In this document: positions 39,966-60,969 of the stretch, piece after piece
How the letters are laid out: each line of letters starts with the position of its first letter
Numbering within the stretch: the stretch's first letter is position 1
Source of the DNA: Lingula anatina
Taxonomy: Eukaryota > Animalia > Brachiopoda
Length of the DNA: 64,000 nucleotides
Assembly: GCA_051362555.1 (NCBI GenBank)
Contig: CM120642.1
Span: forward strand, 8,556,001 to 8,620,000
Direction: 5' to 3'
Translations under genes and position numbers: made by a program
The notes under the pieces: generated by a model
The model's input: the letters and a program-made list of their open reading frames with translations, nothing else
Told to the model about the DNA's origin: nothing
Databases searched by the model: none

Positions 39966-42199
39966 AGGGAAAAATAATCGCTCCGTTCATTATTGGGTGC
40001 TGTTTTTTGTTTTTTTTATCATTAGCAGTGAATCCAAACCAAATCCACCACAAGCACGTATGGTATGTTTCATATCCGAATAGAATGTATGTTCATTCGA
40101 TGCTCTTACATGTAGTTCATCGATATGTGAAAAACTATTTGCTGTGTGAGAGTAAATAGTTTAAAAGGAATTAGGTAGTGAAACAGAAGATGTCAGTTTT
40201 TGCTGTTGGCCTTGGTCAACATATCTCAGATCTAATGCATTACGTATTTGCGAACTTTTTGCAATCAAACATGCTAAGTGCAAAATAGAATTTACTCTGT
40301 TTGACGATCACCGTGTATTATGCATTCAACGTTTGTTACTTATTGCATTAATCGATATGCCTTTACCATGCGTGTTTCTTATATTACTTTGATGCAGTGT
40401 TCAGTTTTGCGCAAAAGGAAAGGGCATATGCCGAATTTTAAGGCGCTGTAGTACTTTATGAAGTCAAAAATAAATTTTACTGAAAACTTCTAAAATGTTT
40501 TTGTAAGTCGCAAAGCTACATTAATCATAACTGAATACGATCTTTATCTATTTGGCTATGGCTGAACTACATGAACTACATTAATCATAACTGAATACGA
40601 TCTTTATCTATTTTTAGTGTCACCAGTGAAATTCGCCAGTCTCTGTCTCCATTACGAGAGTGACCCAAAAACTGAACTAAAAAAAACGGATTTATACACG
40701 TATAGATCGTTATTTCTACGATTTTAGATATGGTATTTCTTGATTGCGAAAAAAGATGTTGAAATTTCAAGAAAAAACTTTTCTGTTATAAAGTTCTATC
40801 GTTTACTGCTGGCCCTAGCCTTAAACTTGCATAAAAAGACTAACCAAGTTTGCAAGTGTGAACGAACTCTTGCCAAACCTCTGCATATACTCCGTAATCG
40901 TATCGATAGCCAATAATGTCGGGCCAGTAATTCCATAGCACGATTTGTTTTGCTAACAATGTCTGAAAAGACCTCTTTACGTCAATAAGGGCGTTTTTCA
41001 TGAATGGGTCGTAACGAAAATTATTTGCCCAATATATGGACACATGGCAATGAATCTCTGATATAGGACGTGAATTGACAAAGCAGAACTAAAGTTGGGT
41101 TTTGGTTTATTTGCGATATTACTTCTTGGCTAAAATTTCAAATTCACCTTAAAATTACTCTTAAGTTTAAAGTTTAAAGTTTAATTACTCAAAGTTCTGA
41201 CTAAATTTTACATAATTTTATGTTGTATTATGTTATATAATGTTTTTTACGTTAATTAAATTTTGTTAGCTTCTGAAGATTATTTGTCACCCATTTGAGA
41301 TAATAAGAATAATTTTAGGACTTGGAATATAATTTATTCAATATATGGATACAAAAGTAAAGTTAAGGAAAAAATATACATCTAAACATTGCCAGCTGTA
41401 ACGGGTTTTACATAATTTTAACTCTGTTATCTCTTCTAATAAATATTCAGACCTGCCCATGACATTAATAGAATATACCCTATCAACACAACAAAAACAA
41501 ATAAATAAATAAATGAAGGCCGATTTGTCGAAACATGCATCCGACTTGTAATTCAAAACAATAAAAAAAACAATATCAGAGTTTTAAAAACTCTTCTTTA
41601 CCTTGAAAATGTTCCTGCGCTTGCTGCAAAGCTTTGGCCAAACCAACGTTCCCCGATTTCTGTAAGCTGCTGACAAGCTTAGAGTAGCTATCATTACCTT
41701 TTGACTTCGCCGAAGTCATGAGGGTGTGAATTTGGGTGGGTACATTTTTTTCGTTCTGAAATAAAAAAACACAAATAAAGATAAAATCATGATAATTCCT
41801 AAATATCCTAATCTGTGTAGCCGTCAGTGTATTTGAAAAAAAAATCTCACTGGCAATCAGGCCGCAAGTAGTGCTTGGTTATTTTCTAAAATACGAGAGT
41901 TTTTATGTTACCATGGGAAGCAAATGAAAAAGGGAAGAAAATGAGCCAGCGCTACAGTTGACATATACATTAAATATCTATCAATTAGATAACAAAGCAG
42001 AGCAATAAAAAAGCGAGGAATTAAAATTATTTAAAAAATGTAGGATATTAAAATGTTAAGTCACCCCAATGGAAACTGCCGTCGCATCATCCAGAACACC
42101 CTGATTACACAAGATACGCCATATGTCCCCATCAGTCTGAATATGCTGTTGAATTAACGGGCTTAACCGAGTCAAAATTTCCTGGTGACGTTTATCCAT
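38008..42199 (-). CDS. CARD + long coiled coil + C-terminal CHORD-like Cys/His zinc-finger protein, 573 aa, 3 exons
   Basis: Exons 42199-42065 (donor GGG|gtgact, phase 0), 41755-41602 (acceptor tttcag, donor G|gtaaag, phase 1) and 39440-38008 (acceptor tttcag) join in frame: MDKRHQEILTRLSPLIQQHIQTDGDIWRILCNQGVLDDATAVSIG|NEKNVPTQIHTLMTSAKSKGNDSYSKLVSSLQKSGNVGLAKALQQAQEHFQ|ENSTP... then heptad-rich E/K/L/Q sequence and a terminal CMVC-x13-CSFH-...-WQCC-...-GCCSGRH. Confidence 0.85.
39765..39912. mobile_element. PIF/Harbinger-type MITE, 148 bp, in intron 2 of the CARD gene
   Basis: TIRs GGCCCCGTAACTCGA / TCGAGTTACGGGGCC with CAG on both sides (CWG-type 3-bp TSD). Confidence 0.75.
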
Positions 42200-45100
42200 C
42201 CTTCCACGTTTAAATCTAGTCAAAACGACCTGTGTTGGTTTTCTAGTATAGTTGGGCTGTAATCTTCCTGTTCTTCACGCCATAAGTACACAAAACGTTT
42301 CACATTATGTCGAGGTGAGGAGAAGAGGTATACATGGGTTGGTTTCTACACTAAGAGGCCTATGGTTAAACGCACCGCCGTTATATTTCAAACTCCGTAG
42401 TCGGTAATATTGTCCGATGTTTTAGGTTTCATAGATAATACCTCTGAAGCATATATTGTCATAGCAACCGTTCGTAACCAAGGCAAGGAGATAAGGTACA
42501 CAGTCTGTGGCTTACTAGACAGAAAGCGCCCGACGTTTTCTGGTGTTCTAACCGCAGTATCCCTATAATATATCCGCATTACAGAAACGTGTCACAGAAA
42601 TAATTTTCTGTGTCCTTTTGTACGGTTTTCCATAGCGTTCATTTCTTTACCAGGACCCCGGTCAAACACATCAGACTGCGCAATTAAAGCCGCTATACTA
42701 GTACGTGAATATTACACTATGTGGACGTTAGTGTATATAACAATTGTTCTTCTCCATCGGTATTCGATGAGAAACTTTCGGATCATTAACAATTCCCAAT
42801 TCATGCACATTTGCTTTTTTAAGAAGAAGGCAAACTAACGGTCTCCATGGGATCGAATATTGATCAGAAGGAAGAGGAAGGGGTCAATCGCTCGCTCGCG
42901 CGTGAACAAATCGAAGGCAGAGCTCATGATCTCTTCAATGGAGGTCTCATTTATGCAAATAAAAAGCTTTTATAGAAAAACAAAAGGCTGCCGATCACGC
43001 CATTTTTATTTAGAAAGTGTTTGCTTTTTTTATGAAGGGATCACAAGCATATGATTAAATATAGTTGACTTAGCATTAATGATCAGCTGCAATTGTTGTA
43101 AAACTTTTGTTCAGTTTGATAAGGGTCATTCCAAAGTACTTGCCTGGTCTCCCCAGTTTTCCTACAAATTCCAAAATAAATGGATAAGGCAGAATAATTT
43201 ATATTACACGTTTTTCCATACCATGTGAAAAAAATACGTGATAAAGCTAAGGACTGACAAAAGAGTAACGCTGGGAAAACAAAAGTGGAATGTATTGGAA
43301 TACATTAAAGATGGGTTTATACACATATATAGATGCAATAACTACTAAATAAGTGTTCATGTATATTTTTTATCTATCGAATATTGATTAAATTGAGATC
43401 AAAGTGTCCAAGAGTTAGTTATCGTGGAGTTGAGTAGCACCAGATTTTATATCGAGCTCCCTTACTCGCGTTACGTAATAGTTTTTCAAATGTATACCGA
43501 CTTGACTGGTTGCATTTTTTTCTTTAAGTGAATTACCTTTACATAGCACTGCATTATGATCTCTTTAATTATCCGATTTGCTAATAAACGGTTATTTAAA
43601 TGGCAGCGTGCCTTCTTAATATTATCAAACATTTCGTGAGATTTCTTCACCAGTTAAGTTTGACTTTCTTTTAAAACGAGTCAAGCGGATGTAACAGTTG
43701 TCCGATTCATCGATACCACCAATCTGTCGTCCGACTACGTTTGAGAAAGACCGTCAAAACCAATCAATGGGTTTCTGGTCGGCGGTCATTGTTCAAGCAA
43801 ATCCAATCAGATTTAGAATTGTTCCACGTTTAGTGGGGTAATGAAAGGGTTACTAAGAATACGTCCCTTTGTTTTTTGGTAAATTATGCCCATTTTATTT
43901 TTTGCACTAAATGAACTCTGGTGGAAAGCGCGGTAAGGATGAAAGGCCACTACATAAATAGTTCCTATCGTTTCAATATTTCATAGCCAAATGTCAAGTA
44001 TTACCTGCACCTAATGAACTGTGCTGCACAAGATAGATATATAAAATTCTCAATATAGTCTTCTGTTATTCTACTTAATATTAACCTACTCAATTAATAC
44101 ATTAATTCAATATTACAATTTTCTTTTTGATATATGCCTTAATTAAGTGACAAATCGAAACGCGATTTGAGAGATTCCATTTTTGGCATTTATATAGACC
44201 AATGTTCCTAAGGGTACGTAAAGCGAATTTCATCAACCAGAGAACACCTATGTAAAACAAGGAAAGTAACAATAACAGCGAAACCAATATTAATTTTGCA
44301 CATTGATAAAATTTTATTGTATAACACATCTGCAAGCAACGTTAACATCGTACACCGAATAAAATTCCTCAACGTGTCTCGAGTTCGTTCGAAACTAAAA
44401 AATATATCTCACAGCAGTCAAATAACGAGATCGACGGAGCCACTGGTTATAAACATTTACCAACTCAGTGGGATAAAATAATTCAATTTCCTATTACATA
44501 AAATACCCAGTAATTAACACAATTCAGGATCAATTCCTGGGGGTATTTGCAATTTGATCAACTCACAAATTTACCAACCCAAACTATCTTGATACTAGGT
44601 ACTAATGAGATTATGCTTCCTGTATTTTCATTTAATATATAGTAACTTCCTTCAGCGTCCTTCACTCCGAAATAAAAAAAATTGCTTCGTAACTGAAATA
44701 CACCTCTGCAATCCCAGCAGAATGTAACGTATATATTCTAATACCCTAAAAATAATAATTTTTCAACTACTAAAATCTGTCTGTGCATCACATAAAGGGC
44801 AAAGGCAATAGTGTTTCGATCATAAAATGTGAAATTTCACAACCGAGACCATATAAGTTTCACACCTTGGTAAGTTGACTGACATTTAATCTATATGAGA
44901 GTATCTGAAATATTTTCCTACTTGATGTTCTTGTTGTAATCAAATTGCACTTCTTATTGAGTTAACATAAAAAATTATATAACTCTTATTTAAATCAACT
45001 GAGAATGTTAAATATCAGACAAAACGTGTTTGTCACCACAACAAACATTTACAAATTGCTAAGGACTACATCTGCTAAAACGTCTACACCATGTAATATA

Positions 45101-45986
45101 ATCAAAACTGTAAATTTACAAATTCCCATGTTCAATGTTTCCGTTTGTTTACAATTGCAGACATACAATTAAACAGTGTATATTTTCTGATGTCACCTTC
45201 AGGCAAAAGTGCAGGGTATGAAAGATGTACTTTTCTCATTTTGTTATTAATAGCGAAGTTGACAACATTCCAGTTTCTTTTAGCATTAAATTTTGCTGAC
45301 CAATCCCCTTTTTTTTTTTATATTTAGCGAAACCGGTTTAGGACTGGCGTATAAGTAGAACCACACGACTTCTTGGTGTGACTCACTGCTTGTATTACTT
45401 CCGTTTCCTTTACATTCCAAGTTTGACTCTTTCCCAGTCACCATGCCTTGTTTTAGATATAGCCAATGAACATCCTGTACGATGTAAATACAGGTGTCAA
45501 GTACCTTAATACAACTGTTCTTTGGAGTTTCCTTTTATTCAAAGATGTCGATTTTTTTTTTTACTTTGACCCGTTCTTGATTCATCCACTTTGCAATGCT
45601 TCTCAAACTCTGTAAACCTTAAGCTTATATTCTGAAGGTGCCACTCTTACACTTTTGCAACATAAAATTTACTAAAAATAACGTAAACTTACTTCAAGTT
45701 TAACCCATTTCATGTCACATAAGATCTTGATGGTGGCTCCATAGTTCATACAAAAAGATACGATTTTGATGATGTACTTAGTACAACATTTGCATATGTC
45801 AAAGCAAAGTGAGAGTTCATGAATCTCTTTAGAAGTTTCTAGTAAAATATTGTCTTATCTCTGAACTCTCTGCGTTCAACAATAATGATCATGATTCAAA
45901 AGAATATAAACAAATGCTGTAATGAAATGGGTGATGCTCAAATATACAGTATGGGTGTCCTCCATGCTTCTGGAGACTTCTGGAGG

Positions 45987-54597
<8,611 letters not shown>

Positions 54598-55582
54598 CTT
54601 GTGCAGTGACCTAATTAGTTTTTCATGACGTCACTTCCTTTTCCGACACCAGAAAGATTTTTTGTGCACACATTACTGATGTACAATCTGTAAACCAAGC
54701 CTCGTAAGCTAAAAAAATCATTTAATTAGGCCTTAATCAAGGATATATTTCCTTGATTAAACAAAAAGGATATTCTGTGGCTGTTATTAATTGACACAGC
54801 TTTGTTAGCCTTCAGGTCGATAGGCCTTATATAGGCCTATAGACTCTATATTTTTTTATAGTCTGCAATTTAAATAAGAAAAAGAAACAACTCTAGCTCT
54901 TATACCTCGTGGGCGCAGAAAAAGAGACAACTGCACGTCTTTTAAGCAGGGCCTATTGATTAACTACCTTGTAATCCAATTAATATGAAAAAAAATGGGT
55001 AACAAATTATTCATTTTTAATTGTTTAATAATTTAAAAATGTGTTGTAAGCCGAATACCCTGAATTTAAAACAATGAAGCAGATATTTGTATTTCAGTGA
55101 ATTTAAATCGAGTTTTGTAATTGGTGTCCAAATTGCTGCTTCAACATGCTAAGTTTCATCTTTTGTTTTAAAAATCTGAAAAAACAAGCACTGAGGTTTC
55201 TAATAACCAATTTGCTAAGAAGCGTCTTGGTTTTGAATGAATGCGTCGCACTAAACTGAAGATATGGCATAGGGCATTCAGCTACTGGTGGCACTTGTAG
55301 GGCATGTAGGTGTACGTGTCAAAACACGACTGAAACAGTCTTATTTTTAGGCCTGGTAGTTCTTACCAAAAATTCTATCATTTTTTCATTTTTCCAAGAA
55401 CATTGCAGAGTACACAGAGAAGGTTAAGAAGGCACAGGTAGGCCTATCCGTTTTATACTCTGTTCTTATTTTTTTTAATATGTAGAACAAATATAAATAC
55501 ATGAAAGAAGTATCCAATAGCTATCAAAGTATAATCTTTCCACCTCTGTCGTAGTCAATGTAGTCTCTCCCCCCCCCCCCCC

Positions 55583-55583
<1 letters not shown>

Positions 55584-55625
<42 letters not shown>
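55584..55625. repeat. (CA)n microsatellite
   Basis: Pure dinucleotide run following a poly-C tract. Confidence 0.95.
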
Positions 55626-55628
<3 letters not shown>

Positions 55629-56341
55629 GGTATACACGTGTGTGATCGTCCTATGCTTTTGTTGACTTGTAAGTTACTTAAAAGTAACCCCGCCCTCTTT
55701 AACATTTATAAACAATATAAGGCAGTGCTTCTTAATAAGGAATGAATAAATTGGGTCTCCGTGGATATATTAGTGATTTTGTTGTACTTCAGGGGTTTAG
55801 GCCTACTGAGAATGAAATTCGATCGAGATTAATCGCCGAGATTCTTTTCAACATATTTTAAATGTAAAAACGTCTCATTGAAATACACATTAATATAATT
55901 CAATTAGTTTATTACATATAATGGAATCTATTTTTAATAATGGTGTTTCATCAACTTTTTTTAAAAAGTACCCATAGTGGTGTACAAAAAAATATTGAGT
56001 ATCCTTTCTTACTTCTGTGAATAGGCCTGTTGTGCCATTGCTGCTTGGCGTACTCACATAAGCACTGTTAGAATCAACTTTGAATTTGTTACATCAGTAA
56101 AAAACGCATTGACACATGATATCTGGATGTGTTTGAAGAACGAATGCAAAACAATATTTGCACAACTAGCACAATGGTATTTCACCATGGATAAAGGCGC
56201 GTCAACGCCTTTGTCTTGCTGTGGCTTCAGCACATTTAATTTATATAAAGAGGTTTATCTTTATATCTGTAGGTAAACATTTCACGTCTCAAGTATTTGT
56301 TGTCATTTTATTTATCTATTTGTTTATTTTTGTAAATCCAT

Positions 56342-56381
<40 letters not shown>
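56342..56381. repeat. (TATC)n microsatellite
   Basis: Tetranucleotide run of about 9-10 units. Confidence 0.9.
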
Positions 56382-59300
56382 TTTAATAGATAAAACGTTA
56401 AAGTTAAACTTAAAAGTTAAGTTTTGTTCCTTTGCTCTTCAATAATTTTTGCGAGCTGGAAGCGAGTAGGAAAAATGTATGGCTTCCTCAGGCAGTTTCG
56501 GTTTTAGTATTCTCCAACTGGTTATACATTTTTTTTACGTTCTCAAACCCCGAGTCTCAGAGTCCAATTAATCGTTCTAAATGCTCACCTCTGCAAGTAC
56601 AATCAACATAACATACCCATGCGTAGAGCACTGGATGATCCAGGACTTTCTTTAGGGGTGAGGCAAAGACGAAAAGTATGAGGTATAAAACAGATGACTG
56701 GGACAATTTAAGTAAAGTATCTATGGTGCAGGATTGGGATTTTTTTTTTTTTTTTTTTTTTGCTTTAATGATCTTAAATCGCACGTTAAAACTTGAATTT
56801 GGTGAAGGGAGAGCGGAGGGTGTCTCAAAAGCCCCCCCCCCTCCCCAATCCTCCCTCCCGGATCCGTAGAGCGTAATTTCCTCAGGTACCCTTTATCTGA
56901 GAAGCTTCTCTATTATATGCATCAATTTTAGTTGCGGGAAATACAAGATTAGGTTAATATGGGACATGAATCCCCGATATAATACGATCTGGTTTGGGAT
57001 CGACTCATCAGAGCGACAGCAAAACATAGGCATCACAAAACCGTTTTCCAGTCGCCTTGAACAACTAAAAGCTAGAATAAAATCTGTGAGATCAAAAGTA
57101 AAATTAATTCAACTGCACTTTACATTTTAAAATAAATTTACTATATCAACAAAGCAGTCTAAATTTTCATAATGAAACTACCAAAACACTCAGGTGCGCA
57201 CACGCGCGCGCGCACACACACACACACACCGCTGCTCCCGATCTGTGTTGCATTTTGTTAATAAATTCAAATATACACATGTTGATATAATGTCTTTCGT
57301 CACAATATCTGCATTCACTGTTATCAATGCTGTAGGTCGATTTTACCCAAGCCGGACCGATACCTTGTTCATTCTAAGACACACAAGAGACCCCCCCCCC
57401 AAAAAAAAAAAAAAAAAAAGCTAAGCATCGAATTCAAAACAATCTGATAATTTCATTAAATCATTTTCCCTTTTTCTTTCGACCAGTAAATCTTTTCACT
57501 TGTTTGCTGGCCTTTGTAAGGCTCACGTTGATATTTCTTCTGATTTTTTCTGCTTCCAGTGTTGAGAGATTCATGGTTCGGTGAAAAGCCGTGTACAAAT
57601 TAACGGACGCTCCCAAAAGTTCACCTTTGCGTTTCCAGAGGTCGTCCCTCTTCCCCGGTGGTCCTAGCACGTCTTAACACACGCGTAAGTAGGGAACAGA
57701 ACATCAGGCCTTCGATTACATTAAATGCGTTTCACTGCCTGTCAATCACGCTCCACTTGTCAGTCAATATGCCACGCGCGGACTGTGGCACTTCGCTTGG
57801 CGTTCTCTGCGGGATAATTAGAACTTCAGCCCTGTTGAATTAAAAAAAAAAGAAAATATTTTAAGTTAAAGTTCAGATAGCCAGTTTTTAATCTGCTTAA
57901 TTTGTTTTATGACAATGATAAGCAAACATTTAATGTTCAGTATACTGGAACGGGAGTTTAATCTTTTCAAGAGGCGAGCCAGATTGCAGATAATCTGTAG
58001 GCCTAACATTAGAATATTTTTCTTGACAAAATATGGATTCTATTTAATAATGCTTATATAACGCTAATACAAACACTTACATTTTATGATATAAATAAAT
58101 TGAGATTTGTGAATAAATTTTTAATTTTGTATTTAATCTAGTCGTGTCTTTCCGTTTTTTAATTTAGCTTTCATGATTTAATTCTTGGTAATAAACAGGT
58201 TGCCTTTGTTCGATTTCACTGGGTGAGTTCATTCAGAGAAAAAAAAGAATTTATTGATATTTCTTATATTTAAGTGCTTCAAATGAACAATTAGATTTTA
58301 GGACCTTTCTTTTGGACTTTTTTTTTTTGGCCAAATATTCACTCTCCCAAATACAAAGACCTTTTGTTTGAAATGCAAGGGGTTGGCCGGATGAGTTTTA
58401 TCGTTGCCTTGTCGTGTCTATATGCACGTTTATTATTATCATTAACAAAGGAAATGTTTTTTCACGTAGTTCAAGGGGAGGTACCGTGGGAGCCTAAGGG
58501 GAAAGCGTTCGTTGGAAACAATTTCGGTGATAAGCTTAATGTTTAACGATAACGTTCCGATAATCGACATAGCCACTTGAGCACGCAGGAAATTCATGGC
58601 GCTTTGTTAATTTTGCAATGTTTTTTTCTCTGTTTCTCAGGAAAATCAAGTATGAAACCTTTACTGGATCAGACCAGAAACAGGAAAAGTCTTACAATAT
58701 GTGAAACAATGTAAACTGTCCATGTTCTAATTTGATCAGTATAATAGGACTTAAAATGATGTATATATAATATAAGTAAAATTATCCACATAATAAAAAT
58801 GATATAGTAAAATATCTGGATATTCTAAAAAAAATTGAGAGTTCAGGGACTTGAGTAAAAATGTGGAGAAAGACAGACTATGAAATATTCTTAAAAGTTG
58901 TACTAATCACAAAATTTGCCGGTGAATCTGTTATTTTTTTCCCTACAGCATCAAACTGCCAGTACTATCTTAATGAATATTTAACAAAATCAGTCGTCAT
59001 AATATCATACAATATTCCTCCGTGTTTTCGTTAAGTAGCGCAATGGTTGTAACAACACGGGGTTCCCACGGCTCGCTTCCTTCTGTTAATTAGTATTCTC
59101 GGTGGCATGATTAAGGTTACGACAGGACAGGAGATAGGGTTACCAGGGTCGTGTCACAACCTTACTTACCACCCGCCGTAAGAATACACATTTTGTTAGT
59201 AAAAGAAGAGGAGGGAGGGGCAGTGCGCTTAAACCACCCTGGCCTTCAGAGGATGCTGGAAACTCCCCTCTTCCATCTGCTTGCTCGTTCCTCTGCGCTT

Positions 59301-60602
59301 CAGGGAGAGCTTCAATAACCCCTACATGTTTGATTCCAGCCTTCATTGAATTATTTTACAAACTTTATATCTGCAATTTCATCTGATCTGAATCGAATTA
59401 AAGAAATTAAAGGTTTTTTAATTCTTCTGTAAACATTCTTGGTGTTATATTTCTTCTTCAAACGTTCTTGAAGTTTGAGTGATAAGGATGCACTTTTTGA
59501 ATGAAAATAAAGTAAATTTATTACTTATTTTCTTGATAGTGATGATGTTAGTTTTTTCTGCTCAAGTAAATTCTTGTTGCTTGTGTGTCTCAAAAATGAA
59601 ATCTTTACGTTGCATGTAAGGATCTGTATTCTAAATCTTTATATTATAGATATTTTTGGATATTCATATAGGAATAATTCTTGTACTAGATATATCTTAC
59701 CTTATTAGACTTCTTTGAAATGCTCCAGTATATGATAAATGATCGCAACTATGTGCAAATGAAAAAGGTTAGGAATCAAAGGAAATAAATCACAGAGAAA
59801 CTTTAAAGTTTAAAAACCTCTGAAAGTAACGCATTTTTATTTGCTCATTTTGTCATAGTAAACCATCAAAGCTGATATATTTTCTTTTTATTTGGTAATT
59901 TTGGTTGGTTTAAAACGCATTAATCCAACCGGTGGCAGGGCGAACTGAAAGCACCGACGTCTATGTAGTAGCATTACGTCGCTACTGCTGCTCTCCGTGT
60001 GTGGTCCACCGACGTGTGACTCGCAATTTGTTCTAAATATTTAGACAACTGGAACGAGAAGGTAAGCACTAGAAACTCAGATTGCCTCACAGCAAGCGTA
60101 ATACACAGTTCATCAACCATAACAACATGCACGTGCCCCTGCAGTGAATGTCCGTACGTGAGCATCTGGTATCCTCGTTGCAGGGCGGACAGAAGTTGAG
60201 GCGCGGACCGGGGAATGGATGGCAAGGAGAGGTGCTGATGGCGCGAGGAGAACAGCGCACGCGGATGTACGGGCAGTGCTTCACCCGGCCGACATCTCGG
60301 CTCTCTGGCAATCTTCTTTGTGATATTTCCTTTCGATTTATTGGTTCCTTTGAAAGATTTGTGCGCAGAAATCAGCCATAGTGACGTTGATCGCCTCTCC
60401 TTCCCACTAACCAGGGTTTATATTCACGAGCTCTGCACCCCATCATCGTTGTGTGTGGTCATCTTTAGGAGGTTTATACCGTCTACACGTAACCATCACA
60501 CGAAAAGGAAGAAAAAAACACCCACCAATGCACTGGCACTCCGATAGAGTAGCTAGCACTTCATCGGACAAGTAAACAGAATAAGGTGCGAAAACGGGAG
60601 CG

Positions 60603-60637
60603 TATAAAGAGCCGGCGGGCGATCTGCCTATTCAGTT
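60603..60637 (+). promoter_or_regulatory. TATA box plus initiator core promoter
   Basis: TATAAA at 60603 and TCAGTT (Inr consensus) at 60632, canonical ~30-bp spacing, about 190 nt upstream of the ATG at 60828. Confidence 0.7.
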
Positions 60638-60827
60638 ATCTTGACAGCGGCGGCAACCTGTACTCTGTAGAACCTTGTTACCAAGGAAATATAGGGACTC
60701 TGAAAATTTCTTTTCAAGCGATCCGTGGTTGTGTAATATCTTAACAATTTTCATTATTAAAATCGAATTGTGCTTCTTTTTCTTATTATTAAAAAAAGAA
60801 AAAAGTACTTTTTGGGATTTTATAACT

Positions 60828-60969
60828 ATGAATTCTTTGAATATTGCGGTTCTCGTGGCCATCACGCTGCTAGGGGTAGGAAGCAGTTACCGCTACCCCT
60901 CCCGATACACCAGAAATGCAAACAAATTCAGATTCAGAAGAAGTCAAGAATTCAGGTTCGAGGACTGTG
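60828..60969 (+). CDS. First coding exon of a secreted protein, possibly ML-domain (GM2-activator/NPC2-like); remaining exons not found in the window
   Basis: MNSLNIAVLVAITLLGVGSS signal peptide, basic segment ending RFRR, then SQEFRFEDC and a strong donor G|gtaagt. The F-x-F-x-D-C pattern resembles the start of ML domains; the product is a guess. Confidence 0.6.
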
